A DNA stretch of 32,000 nucleotides. Source: a virus. Below, in pieces: positions 19,180 through 27,688 of this stretch. The stretch's first letter is position 1. Each line of letters starts with the position of its first letter. The stretch covers positions 21,839 through 53,838 of the IMG/VR virus record IMGVR_UViG_3300045988_179474. The stretch is one strand, 5' to 3'. The translations under genes and the position numbers were made by a program. A model generated the notes under the pieces. It had not been told where the DNA came from. It saw nothing but the letters and a program-made list of their open reading frames with translations, and ran no database searches.

Positions 19180-19932
19180 TTATGAGATTTGAGAATCGGC
19201 GTTCTTCACATAGTCTTTTACTTTCTTCTGAAGCTGGTTGACCTTGCAAATCACGTTCTCCTCGTCGTCGATATCCTCGTAACTGCTGTCACAGCCGTCT
19301 ACCACATTACCGTTTGCGGCAATGTAGAGCGTATCGAAGGCAATGCTGTTGTACTCTGTGGAGTAATCCGTTACCAGCTCGTCCATGTCGGTCCTGAGCA
19401 CCTCCGGTGCTCTTACGCCGATGCCGTTCTTGTTGGCACGTCCGGTATTTAACAGCCAATTCAAATCGTCATCCTTGACCGAATGCTGTTTACCCTGGCC
19501 GAAGAAGGACAAGCCGCTCAGAATTTTCGCGTTGTCATTGTCGCGGAACGCCTCGTGGAACATATCCACAGAGACATCGACCTCGCACATATCCTGCTCT
19601 TCCATCTTAGCATACGATTCCAGCAGCGTCAGCGCGAGGTCGCGCATCTGCTCCTTCGACGTCGCTCCGTTGGTGGCGACATAGAAAGCAGCCGGCATCG
19701 TGTCATAACGCTCCGCAAGCTCAAAGTACCGCTTGATGGCCGGAACATTCAAAGACGGCTCGCCGCCCGTGAAAATGACGGAAGCAGGGTGGATATGCTT
19801 AGCGATGCCCGACAGAACTGCTGTTGAGATGTCAAGATTTTGCGCATCTCCGCGCAGGCAGTGGTTGCATTTCATGTTGCAGCGACGAGTGACCTCAATG
19901 GCGAGGTAATTTACATAAATCTCCATTTTCAT
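19180..19932 (-). CDS. Radical SAM domain protein, 250 aa
   Basis: CNMKCNHC (CxxxCxxC), IFTGGEPSL, YVATNGA, C-terminal YIAANGNVVDGCD; start trimmed to MKMEIYVNYL after AAAGGAG. Confidence 0.9.
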   Translation of the reverse strand: MKMEIYVNYLAIEVTRRCNMKCNHCLRGDAQNLDISTAVLSGIAKHIHPASVIFTGGEPSLNVPAIKRYFELAERYDTMPAAFYVATNGATSKEQMRDLALTLLESYAKMEEQDMCEVDVSVDMFHEAFRDNDNAKILSGLSFFGQGKQHSVKDDDLNWLLNTGRANKNGIGVRAPEVLRTDMDELVTDYSTEYNSIAFDTLYIAANGNVVDGCDSSYEDIDDEENVICKVNQLQKKVKDYVKNADSQIS

Positions 19933-19956
19933 TTCTCCTTTTTTGTGATGGTTATG

Positions 19957-20107
19957 TGATATATAAAAGCCAGCACCCACGCGGGCGCTGACTGAACTTT
20001 CTCTTTTGTTTGTGATACTTCTTTGGTATGGTCTCAGCATACCGGCGGAAGTGGAAATTGCCGCATTCACCTTCCAAGAACCTGAGAACTGGAGAACCGG
20101 AGAACTG
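19957..20107 (-). promoter_or_regulatory. Composite promoter/leader element, copy C
   Basis: 8-bp repeats 20076-20107 (AAGAACCT GAGAACTG GAGAACCG GAGAACTG); core 20014-20043; hairpin 19969-19992 (minus GUCAGCGCCC-GCGU-GGGUGCUGGC). Confidence 0.85.
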
Positions 20108-20112
20108 CAAAG

Positions 20113-20145
20113 AAAAAGCGCCGTCCATTACGGGCGGCGCTTTTT
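20113..20145 (-). terminator. Terminator hairpin of operon D
   Basis: AAAAAGCGCCG...CGGCGCTTTTT. Confidence 0.8.
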
Positions 20146-20147
20146 CA

Positions 20148-21065
20148 TCAAATTTTGTGGGTGCAGTACGGGCAGCGCTCGTCTGTCGCGTAGCAGATGC
20201 ACTCGGTATCATCCTGCCAGGGGTGGCAGGTATTGATGCGGAACCGTGCGGAAAGCGCGGTTTCCAGATAGTCGGCCACAGGACCAATGGCGGCCATATC
20301 CCAGCGAAGCGGAAGCCCGTCGTCGGCATCCTCCTGTAAGGAGTGTTCGCCGGCGGCTTCCTTCGCCTCGTCCGTAGCGTCAGACAGGAGGCCCTCCGGA
20401 AGCGCGTTGACGTGTTCCACGGAAAGCTCATTCACAGCTGCGAGAAGAGCCTCTTTCGGCGCTTCCCCGTTTACGCTGTGGCCTGTGACAACCGCGCAGA
20501 TGAAGTCGAACACTGCGTTGTCGATGCGGTCGCCGGCCTCGGCGAGGAGGTCGTTGTCCTTGACAGGCTCCCTGCGGATGGTGCCATGCGTCCACGGCCC
20601 CGTGTAGGTGCCGATGCTTGGCAGGCGCTCCAGCAGGGCTGCTTTCATGCCGTCAAGGTACGCCTTGTAGTGCTTCCTCTGGAAGCCCTCCGAACAGGGG
20701 TTATCCTTCTGAAGCAGTTCCACGGCATAGGCCCAGTCGCTGTCCTCAATGCCGATGTAAAACAGGCTGCTTTCGAGGATGACGCGCACATTGCGGCCAA
20801 GCCACTTGTCCTGCTTGACACGCGCAAAGCTGGGATACCTGTGCGTGAAGTTCTCCACAAAGCACTCCAGCACATCCTCCAGCTCGTTCGCACTGCCTTC
20901 GTCATCGAAGAGCCAGCCGTTGCCGGACAAATCCTTGGCGCTGAGGTCTTTCTGGAGGATGGTATCCTCACAGTCATCCTCGCGGCGAAGCACTGTGGTA
21001 TAGTCGCTGTCGATATAGAACAGGCCCTCATACGGACCGCTCACACAAACATTACCTTTTCCCAT
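20148..21065 (-). CDS. Hypothetical protein, 305 aa, with CYATDERCPYCTHKI cysteine C-terminus
   Basis: Complete ORF. Confidence 0.8.
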   Translation of the reverse strand: MGKGNVCVSGPYEGLFYIDSDYTTVLRREDDCEDTILQKDLSAKDLSGNGWLFDDEGSANELEDVLECFVENFTHRYPSFARVKQDKWLGRNVRVILESSLFYIGIEDSDWAYAVELLQKDNPCSEGFQRKHYKAYLDGMKAALLERLPSIGTYTGPWTHGTIRREPVKDNDLLAEAGDRIDNAVFDFICAVVTGHSVNGEAPKEALLAAVNELSVEHVNALPEGLLSDATDEAKEAAGEHSLQEDADDGLPLRWDMAAIGPVADYLETALSARFRINTCHPWQDDTECICYATDERCPYCTHKI

Positions 21066-21103
21066 TTTTTCATTTCTCCTTATTGTTAAAAAATCGTAGA
21101 TTC

Positions 21104-21307
21104 TCAGATGTCGTCATCACCGACATCGAACCCCAAATGACAGAATCCAAACTCGTCGGACAGCCAGTTGGAAATCGTGTCGAGCCATTCTTCCCTACTT
21201 GCAAAATGGGACTGGTCGAATCTGCTTGGCAGCTCAACTTCCTTCGGCAGGGAGGCTCTTGCCTCCCTGTCGCCGTCGGTGTCCCAAAGGATATTGCGGA
21301 TTTTCAT
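21104..21307 (-). CDS. Hypothetical small protein, 67 aa
   Basis: Start trimmed to MKIRNILWD after AAAGGAG. Confidence 0.6.
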   Translation of the reverse strand: MKIRNILWDTDGDREARASLPKEVELPSRFDQSHFASREEWLDTISNWLSDEFGFCHLGFDVGDDDI

Positions 21308-21318
21308 TATTTCTCCTT

Positions 21319-21723
21319 TCAGTCGGCGGACACATACCACCAGCCGGTGTATCTGTCTTCTTCGTGATTTCTTTCGTCCTCCTTGTGGTCGTAGTAGCCG
21401 GTGTGGAGGTCAAAGGCCTCCCCTCGTTCGTTGTAAAGCTGCCACAGGAGGTCGCACAGCGCGTTCGCGGCAGATTCTGTCTTGCACAGAATCTGGTCCC
21501 CATCGCTCCAGACTTCGCCATCGGAATAGTCGCGAACCCGCGCACAGATGAACGAAAAGAAATCCTTTTCTGCATAGCTGTCGCAGTTCACGGAGATATC
21601 GAGCGTTTTGCTGACATTCTCAATCTCGTCGTAGTGTCTTTTGACGAGATAGTTGTTCACGATGAACTGCATCCGCTTGGAGCACACGCCCACATGAGTG
21701 CAGTTGAGACAAGTCTTCTGCAT
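21319..21723 (-). CDS. Hypothetical protein, 134 aa
   Basis: Operonic, N-terminal CxxC...C cysteines. Confidence 0.7.
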   Translation of the reverse strand: MQKTCLNCTHVGVCSKRMQFIVNNYLVKRHYDEIENVSKTLDISVNCDSYAEKDFFSFICARVRDYSDGEVWSDGDQILCKTESAANALCDLLWQLYNERGEAFDLHTGYYDHKEDERNHEEDRYTGWWYVSAD

Positions 21724-21724
21724 A

Positions 21725-22399
21725 TCAGCAATCCTCCTTCATCATGAAATCCTTCATAGCGTAGTCCTGGCAGCCGTCATCGCCCAGTCTCGGAGCCTTT
21801 CCGGTGACGAAGGGCAGCTTGCAGATGCCATGCGGATTGAAGACGCAGAACTCCGCGTCGCATTCCGTACACAGCTTCTCCAGTTCGGCGTAGTTATCCC
21901 GCTCCTGGTCGGAACTGCACTCAATCTTCGTCAGGTATTTCAAGCTGGCGTTCATGGTATTTCCGGTTTTGAGCAGGTAGTTGAACATACCGTTTCCGGT
22001 ATCGTCCTTCTCAACGCTCAAGAACATCACAGCGGCACCGTTGGAATCCGGAAGCATTTTGACGATTTTGACCGTGGCACGGGAAGCGTTCTCCGTCCCA
22101 AAGCCATAGGCACAAACATCGCCGACCTTCAGCTCCTGTGCAGGCTGATTATGACGGCAGGTATCGGTCTCGGAGTTGTAATCGCAGTTCTCCACGCACT
22201 TGCCCTCCGGATGCTGGCAGGCGTCGCAGAGCATCAGCCGATTGCCGCAATGAGGGCAGAACGCCTTGTAGCCGTCTGCGGCCACATTCCAGCGCATCTC
22301 GACCTCTGCTTCGCAATGCGGGCAGACCTCTGTCACGATATACTCGCGGTCTTTGCAGGAACCGGTGGTTTTCTCACTAATATTAGTCATAATTCTCAT
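21725..22399 (-). CDS. Zinc-ribbon-containing hypothetical protein, ~224 aa
   Basis: CPHCEAEVEMRW...CPHCGNRLMLCDAC. Confidence 0.75.
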   Translation of the reverse strand: MRIMTNISEKTTGSCKDREYIVTEVCPHCEAEVEMRWNVAADGYKAFCPHCGNRLMLCDACQHPEGKCVENCDYNSETDTCRHNQPAQELKVGDVCAYGFGTENASRATVKIVKMLPDSNGAAVMFLSVEKDDTGNGMFNYLLKTGNTMNASLKYLTKIECSSDQERDNYAELEKLCTECDAEFCVFNPHGICKLPFVTGKAPRLGDDGCQDYAMKDFMMKEDC

Positions 22400-22414
22400 T
22401 CTCCTTCTTTTTTG

Positions 22415-23113
22415 TCAGTCACGCCAGTATGCGCCGTCTTTCGCTTCGCCCTTCGGGAAAACGGTATACTCTGTTCCGTGCAGCACGATGTACTCATGGT
22501 CCAGAACATTGGCAGAATCTCCAACGTCAATGGTCTGAATGTTGAATACCTGCTTTGTGTCCAGACAGACATCTGCCTTTGTCGCCGCAATGCAATTTCC
22601 GCCGTCCCAAACGGAGACATAAGGGATGTTGCGAACGATAGAAGGCTCTTCCTCAGTGCTCTGCTCAGCTTTCTCCAGAGCTGCCCGTACCTCGCCAATC
22701 TGCCAAGAAGGCATCAACGGGAATCCGGCTCTCGTATAGAGACCGCCGCCCGCCACCGCCTTCTCCAAGGCGGCCTTTGCGGCGTCCTCGGATGCGAAGA
22801 TGGTGTACTGGCTGACCTCGATACCGGGCAAGTAGGAAAACGTCTTCGTTTTACCATCAGAGCATTCGACTTCGGTCATTCCCGAATAGGCAACGCCCGT
22901 CCAGCCAAACCAACCGGGTTCCACAAACTCGGAGAAGGTCACAGTAGACACCGTTACCTTCACGACCGCCAAATCTCTCGTGGACGGACGATACAGCCGA
23001 CCGTATTTGTTGACCTTCTGCTTAAAGGTGATTGCGTACACCTCGGAGCCAATGCCGATGGGAACGCCGTCAGCAGTCTTGCACGCTGGTAAGAGATATG
23101 CCTTGTTTTTCAT
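22415..23113 (-). CDS. Hypothetical protein, 232 aa, first gene of operon D
   Basis: Start trimmed to MKNKAYLL; the ORF-track N-terminus is leader-element sequence. Confidence 0.75.
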   Translation of the reverse strand: MKNKAYLLPACKTADGVPIGIGSEVYAITFKQKVNKYGRLYRPSTRDLAVVKVTVSTVTFSEFVEPGWFGWTGVAYSGMTEVECSDGKTKTFSYLPGIEVSQYTIFASEDAAKAALEKAVAGGGLYTRAGFPLMPSWQIGEVRAALEKAEQSTEEEPSIVRNIPYVSVWDGGNCIAATKADVCLDTKQVFNIQTIDVGDSANVLDHEYIVLHGTEYTVFPKGEAKDGAYWRD

Positions 23114-23148
23114 TTTTTTCGTTTCTCCTTTTTGTTCATGAAATTTTT

Positions 23149-23298
23149 TATATATAAAAGCCAGCATCCGCAAGGGACGCTGACTGAACTCTCTTTGTGT
23201 ATGCGATACTTCCTTTGTATGGCCTCAGCATACCGGCGGAAACGGAAACTACCACATTTATCTTCCAAGAACCTGAGAATATGAGAACCTGAGCTGTG
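23149..23298 (-). promoter_or_regulatory. Composite promoter/leader element, copy D
   Basis: 8-bp repeats 23267-23298; core 23205-23234; hairpin 23160-23184 (minus GUCAGCGUCC-CUUGC-GGAUGCUGGC). Confidence 0.85.
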
Positions 23299-23312
23299 GT
23301 AAGGCAGAAAAA

Positions 23313-23346
23313 AAGCGCCGGCGGATATTTTCATCCACCGACGCTT
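23313..23346 (-). terminator. Terminator hairpin of operon E
   Basis: AAGCGTCGGTGGAT...ATCCGCCGGCGCTTTTTTT on the minus strand. Confidence 0.75.
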
Positions 23347-23352
23347 CAGTTG

Positions 23353-24348
23353 TTAAGTCGCGTGGAGCTTCCACTCGCTCTTCTCGCGGTCCACCGTATA
23401 GATGAATGGCAGCGTGCCAGCCATCTCCCAGTTGATATACTTGCTGGGTTCCTGCGTTGTGACGACGCGATTGATGACGATGTGGCCTTCCCTGTCGGAC
23501 TCGACATACTTGCCGTCACCGTCCTCGATAAAGGAGTTGACGCTGAAATCCTGACCGGAACGGTACTGCTTCAGCTCAATCGCCATCCAGATGACCTCAT
23601 GGAAGCCAGCCTTAGCGGCCTCAATGGTATCGGCAGCGAATTTGTACCCGTAGCAGCCATCGCCGTCTTCCAGCATGATGCTGTTCACATATTTCTGCTC
23701 TTCCGCATCCCACTCCTTCAGGAGCTTCTTGTAGTCCATCTTCTCGTAGGTAGGACGGATGATGCGAAGCACTGCTTCCTGCTCGTCCTTTGATAAGGGG
23801 CGCACTGCCTCTACACAGACATCACCGAGCCACAGAGATACCGTGAGGTATGGCTTTGCGAGCTTGGTGCAGTATTCGTCTACATCCGCATAGATGTTAC
23901 AATAGGAATCGTTCTGCTCCGTTTCAAAAAAGGTTCCGAATAGTCGGTCCACATCGGAAATGCCTTCCAGCATGACGTTCCACGTCTGCGTTTCATCGTC
24001 AAATAGGAAAGCATCGTTATTATAACGGTCAACGCAGAAATCAGAGTCGGTGATTTCTGCTCCCATGAGCTTCAGGGAGTCGATTTTTGCCAGTGACTTT
24101 CCCTTCTCTTCCTCTGAGCTTTCAACGAGACGAAGAGATGACGTAAGGAAATTTGACCGCTTCTCGTCCTGAAACAGCACCTCTACCATCTGGAGGTAAG
24201 GCTTGGTCTTCAGAAGGGCCATGATTCTGCCCGTCTGGTTATGGCGCTTGTTGCCAGAGGTGATGACCTGTACGGCGTCGAACAGGTGAAGGTTGATGCC
24301 ATTGACATCCTTTACTTCGCTCCACTTCGGCATGATTCTATTATTCAT
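23353..24348 (-). CDS. Hypothetical protein, ~331 aa
   Basis: Complete ORF, AAAGGAG SD. Confidence 0.8.
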   Translation of the reverse strand: MNNRIMPKWSEVKDVNGINLHLFDAVQVITSGNKRHNQTGRIMALLKTKPYLQMVEVLFQDEKRSNFLTSSLRLVESSEEEKGKSLAKIDSLKLMGAEITDSDFCVDRYNNDAFLFDDETQTWNVMLEGISDVDRLFGTFFETEQNDSYCNIYADVDEYCTKLAKPYLTVSLWLGDVCVEAVRPLSKDEQEAVLRIIRPTYEKMDYKKLLKEWDAEEQKYVNSIMLEDGDGCYGYKFAADTIEAAKAGFHEVIWMAIELKQYRSGQDFSVNSFIEDGDGKYVESDREGHIVINRVVTTQEPSKYINWEMAGTLPFIYTVDREKSEWKLHAT

Positions 24349-24365
24349 GTTTCATTTCTCCTTTT

Positions 24366-24779
24366 TTAAGTCCACATCAAATTTATGCCGCCAACCTGCT
24401 CCACACGCTCTGTGATTTTCTGCGCGTCCTTCATACCGGGAATCGCGAATCTTGCGTTCCAAGCACGAATCAAATCCGACAAGGTTTTATCCTTGACGGG
24501 CACGGCAAAATCACAGCAGAAGTTGTATAGGGGCTGGTCCAGCATTTCCTCGTACACATCTTCGGTTCCTTCCACAATACGAATCCGCTTGGCTGTATCG
24601 TGGATGTTGATGCGTCCGAGGTAGAGATGTCCGTGCAGTTCCTTCAGAGCCTTCAGCTTTTCTCGGTTCAGGTCGTTCAGAACACTGTCGGCCTCCGGCA
24701 GATTCAAAATACCGCCGACGGAACGGATGTGCTCCATCTCGGCCTTCATAAGCTGGTCAATTTTTTCCTGTGCGTTCAT
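24366..24779 (-). CDS. Hypothetical protein, 137 aa
   Basis: Start trimmed to MNAQEKIDQ after an AAAGGAG-type SD. Confidence 0.7.
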   Translation of the reverse strand: MNAQEKIDQLMKAEMEHIRSVGGILNLPEADSVLNDLNREKLKALKELHGHLYLGRINIHDTAKRIRIVEGTEDVYEEMLDQPLYNFCCDFAVPVKDKTLSDLIRAWNARFAIPGMKDAQKITERVEQVGGINLMWT

Positions 24780-24793
24780 GTTTTTCTCCTTTC

Positions 24794-25159
24794 TCAAGCT
24801 GCCATCTGGTACAGCCATGTTTCAAAATCCTCATAGTCCATCAACCGTCCATCCACCTCGACGAATCCAGGCTGCGTTGTGCCGCGAACAACGGAAAAGG
24901 AATCTCCGCCGCCACAGAAAACGCGAATGTTTGTTCTGGAGATGCTCTCGCAGCGCAAGAAATACGCGCCGAGGCGTTCCCAAATTCGGGACATCTCCTC
25001 GTCGGTCGCTTCCCAACTGCGGTTTTGGCTGGTACGGACCTTTGTTGCGGATACGGACAACTCAACCTGCTCCGTGTCTTCCGGTAGCCCAAGCTCCGCG
25101 CAGACATCTTTCCACTTTGTTTCGTCGCTGAAATCCCACTTAAACAGCATTGCTTCCAT
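24794..25159 (-). CDS. Hypothetical protein, 121 aa, first gene of operon E
   Basis: Start trimmed to MEAMLFKWDF; the ORF-track N-terminus is leader sequence. Confidence 0.75.
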   Translation of the reverse strand: MEAMLFKWDFSDETKWKDVCAELGLPEDTEQVELSVSATKVRTSQNRSWEATDEEMSRIWERLGAYFLRCESISRTNIRVFCGGGDSFSVVRGTTQPGFVEVDGRLMDYEDFETWLYQMAA

Positions 25160-25186
25160 GTTTATTTCTCCTTTTTCGTGTTTTTT

Positions 25187-25330
25187 TGATATATAAAAGC
25201 CAGCGGCATGATAAAACCGCTGACTGAACTTTCTTTGTGTATGTGATACTTCCTTTGTATGCTCTGAGCATACCGGCAAATATGGAAACACGCCTATTTT
25301 AATGTTGGGAACCTGAGAACCGAAGAATAC
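25187..25330 (-). promoter_or_regulatory. Composite promoter/leader element, copy E
   Basis: 8-bp repeats 25307-25330; core 25245-25274; hairpin 25199-25224 (minus GUCAGCGG-UUUUAUCAUG-CCGCUGGC). Confidence 0.85.
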
Positions 25331-25404
25331 ATATCGTCACGCGCAATGTCCGCTTCACGCTGGCGGAACTGCTCGATTGGATTTAAGAAACGGAGAATAG
25401 CAAA

Positions 25405-25430
25405 AAACGCCGCCCATCTGGGCGGCGTTT
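25405..25430 (-). terminator. Terminator hairpin downstream of the sigma factor gene
   Basis: AACGCCGCCCA-TC-TGGGCGGCGTT followed by TTTTTG on the minus strand. Confidence 0.8.
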
Positions 25431-25431
25431 C

Positions 25432-26553
25432 TCATTCAAGAAAGTCCTGAAGCATCTTCCCTGCCTTTCCGTTGCGTAGCTTATCGAGTGTTTTATCTGT
25501 AACCTGACGGACACGCTCTCGCGTTAAGTCCATTTCGTCCCCGATTTCTTTGAGGGTATAAGCACAACCATCCTCCAATCCGAATCGTAAGCGAAGCACA
25601 CAGGCGTCTCGTGCGGGCATATCGTGCAGGATTTTGTCCATCGTTTCCCATAGTGCCTTCCCTGACGTTGAAATTTCCGGGTTATCCCACTCGTTATGGC
25701 TTGGGATGAATTCCGAAAGCGGTGTGTTGGAATCGCTTGCGGCGTCCGAATTGACGGGCGCATCCAACGAGTCCGGCTTCCGGTACTGGAGCGAGTGTTG
25801 GATGATGCGCAGTTTTTTCTGCTGCTCCCTTTTTGAAAGGGAATCCCACGCATCCCCCTCCATGTATTTTGCGATTTCTAAAGGGTCATCACAAGGTAAG
25901 CCTTTTTGTTGCATTTGTTCTTTTGCATTATTGACGCTCCGCCTGCCCTCCGCAACATAGATGGGCTTGCGAATGGCTGGGTCCGTCGTGGCAAGCGCTC
26001 TTGTGATGTTTTGCCTTATCCAGAAGGTTGCGTAGGTGGAAAACTTCACATTCCTCGAAATGTCAAAAGAGTCGATGGAACGCATGAGGCCAATGTTGCC
26101 CTCCTGAATGAGGTCCATGAACACCATAGAATCGGCTGAGTTTATATATTTCTTTGCGATGGACACAACAAGCCGAAGATTGCCCTCAACAACCTTATCT
26201 TTCGCCCGTCTTCCTGCTTCTATGGCCTTCATCAGGTCTTTCTTGATTTCGGGGTCAACTGCATTCCCGCTCTCCTCGGCAATTACCCGCAGCGTTTCGA
26301 GCTGTTCGGCAGCGGCATTCCCCTTCTGCACTTTTTCAATGCAGCGATTCGCTTCCACCTGCGGCATAATGGGAATGCTGCCAATTTGGCTGAGATACAT
26401 CGCCACATGGTCGCCGATATTTCCCGGCTGCTTCGCTTCGGTCTCCTGTTCATTCGAAGCTGTGATTTCTTCTGTTTCAGGCTGCCTTTCAATGGCTTCA
26501 TAGGCAAGCGCACGGTCAGCGGCTAAATTACTGGTATTCGTGATGTCAACCAC
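25432..26553 (-). CDS. RNA polymerase sigma-70 family factor, 373 aa
   Basis: NLRLVVSIAKKYINS...DLIQEGNIGLMRSIDSFDISRNVKFSTYATFWIRQNITRA (region 2) and TLKEIGDEMDLTRERVRQVTDKTLDKLR (region 4.2). Confidence 0.95.
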   Translation of the reverse strand: MVDITNTSNLAADRALAYEAIERQPETEEITASNEQETEAKQPGNIGDHVAMYLSQIGSIPIMPQVEANRCIEKVQKGNAAAEQLETLRVIAEESGNAVDPEIKKDLMKAIEAGRRAKDKVVEGNLRLVVSIAKKYINSADSMVFMDLIQEGNIGLMRSIDSFDISRNVKFSTYATFWIRQNITRALATTDPAIRKPIYVAEGRRSVNNAKEQMQQKGLPCDDPLEIAKYMEGDAWDSLSKREQQKKLRIIQHSLQYRKPDSLDAPVNSDAASDSNTPLSEFIPSHNEWDNPEISTSGKALWETMDKILHDMPARDACVLRLRFGLEDGCAYTLKEIGDEMDLTRERVRQVTDKTLDKLRNGKAGKMLQDFLE

Positions 26554-26651
26554 CCCCCTTCACTGAATGCAGCAATTATACCACACAATAGCTTACTTGT
26601 CAATCAAAAGGCCGCCAGCGATGTGCTGACAGCCTTCCAGGATGGGAGAGA

Positions 26652-27155
26652 CTATTTTTGCTGTTGTGCGCGGAGTTGCTCCACCTCCGCCCTCCAGCGC
26701 GGTGTGGCCGTACTGATTGCCTCAACGGTACTTGGCGTGGTGGAGAGAGCCAGAATATCGGCTTTCGTCTTCACTCCTTCCAGACGGCGACACATCTCCT
26801 CGTAGGTCGTGCTGTTGTCTGCCGTAATCCAACAACCGCAGATGTCGTTTGAGCCGTCATCGTTGTGCCGGCTGGCGGTAGTGGGAATCTCAATGCACCA
26901 GAGGGCGAACTCGGAATATTCGGTGCTGCGGAATACATCCTGCACAAAGGGGTTTGTTTTCTTGAGCTGCTCCACAAGAGGACGCACGCAGTTTTTTTCC
27001 TGTTCATCCCTCCTTTGCGCAAGCCATATATTTTGCAATTCGAGAAAATGCGTTTCCTCGCCGCTTAATCTTTTTCCGTCAACTGCCTTCTGAATGAGGT
27101 GTTCTCCCCGTTCCAAAAGCTCTTCAATCGTTGGGAACTTACCGTTTTCAAACAT
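26652..27155 (-). CDS. Hypothetical protein, 167 aa
   Basis: Complete ORF. Confidence 0.7.
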   Translation of the reverse strand: MFENGKFPTIEELLERGEHLIQKAVDGKRLSGEETHFLELQNIWLAQRRDEQEKNCVRPLVEQLKKTNPFVQDVFRSTEYSEFALWCIEIPTTASRHNDDGSNDICGCWITADNSTTYEEMCRRLEGVKTKADILALSTTPSTVEAISTATPRWRAEVEQLRAQQQK

Positions 27156-27160
27156 TGATA

Positions 27161-27688
27161 TTACACCTCCGAAATTTCGATTCCGTACTTTTCCAACATG
27201 AGTTTGCGTTTCATGAGATACTTTTCGGTTCGTTTTCCCTTCGCGTCTTCCACGATGCGTTTACCGTTGCGAAGGTATACGAAATCTGCCTTATAGACCA
27301 TTGGGCGAACCCGCTTGCCATTTGGCCGTGTATAGCCCTCGACCAGCGTGAAGTCCTGCTGGAGCCGCAGGTCCTGGATTGCACCGCCCTTGTACTGCAA
27401 ATAAAGTTCATCGAAGCGGCGTGCCTCCCGCTTGCTGGGGAATTTCACGGTTTCTCCATCCACCACGCGGAAAACCTTTACATTGCGATATTTGGATGGC
27501 TCAGCAGAGTCCGCTTCTTTCGGCTGTTTTTGCCTTTTCTGTGCTTCCGACTGTTTTTTTGTTCGCTGCTGGTTCTGTTCGCGCTTCTGCTCGTCGAGCT
27601 TTGCACGCACCTGAATCTGTGCGGAAAGCGGCAGGCTATTGATGTCAATACCCACCTTCAGTTCCTCCGCCTGTTTGTGGCGCAGCAT
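27161..27688 (-). CDS. DUF1064-like (putative phage-type endonuclease) protein, 175 aa
   Basis: KYRNVKV...FPSKREARRFDELYLQYKGGAIQDLRLQQDFTL...YKADFVYLRNGKRIVEDAKGKRTEKYLMKRKLM. Confidence 0.75.
   Translation of the reverse strand: MLRHKQAEELKVGIDINSLPLSAQIQVRAKLDEQKREQNQQRTKKQSEAQKRQKQPKEADSAEPSKYRNVKVFRVVDGETVKFPSKREARRFDELYLQYKGGAIQDLRLQQDFTLVEGYTRPNGKRVRPMVYKADFVYLRNGKRIVEDAKGKRTEKYLMKRKLMLEKYGIEISEV

Noticed and set aside
19972-20010. tRNA or other classical structured RNA genes
   Set aside because: No cloverleaf, T-arm or anticodon features; only short single hairpins are visible. No tRNA/rRNA found in the window by eye.
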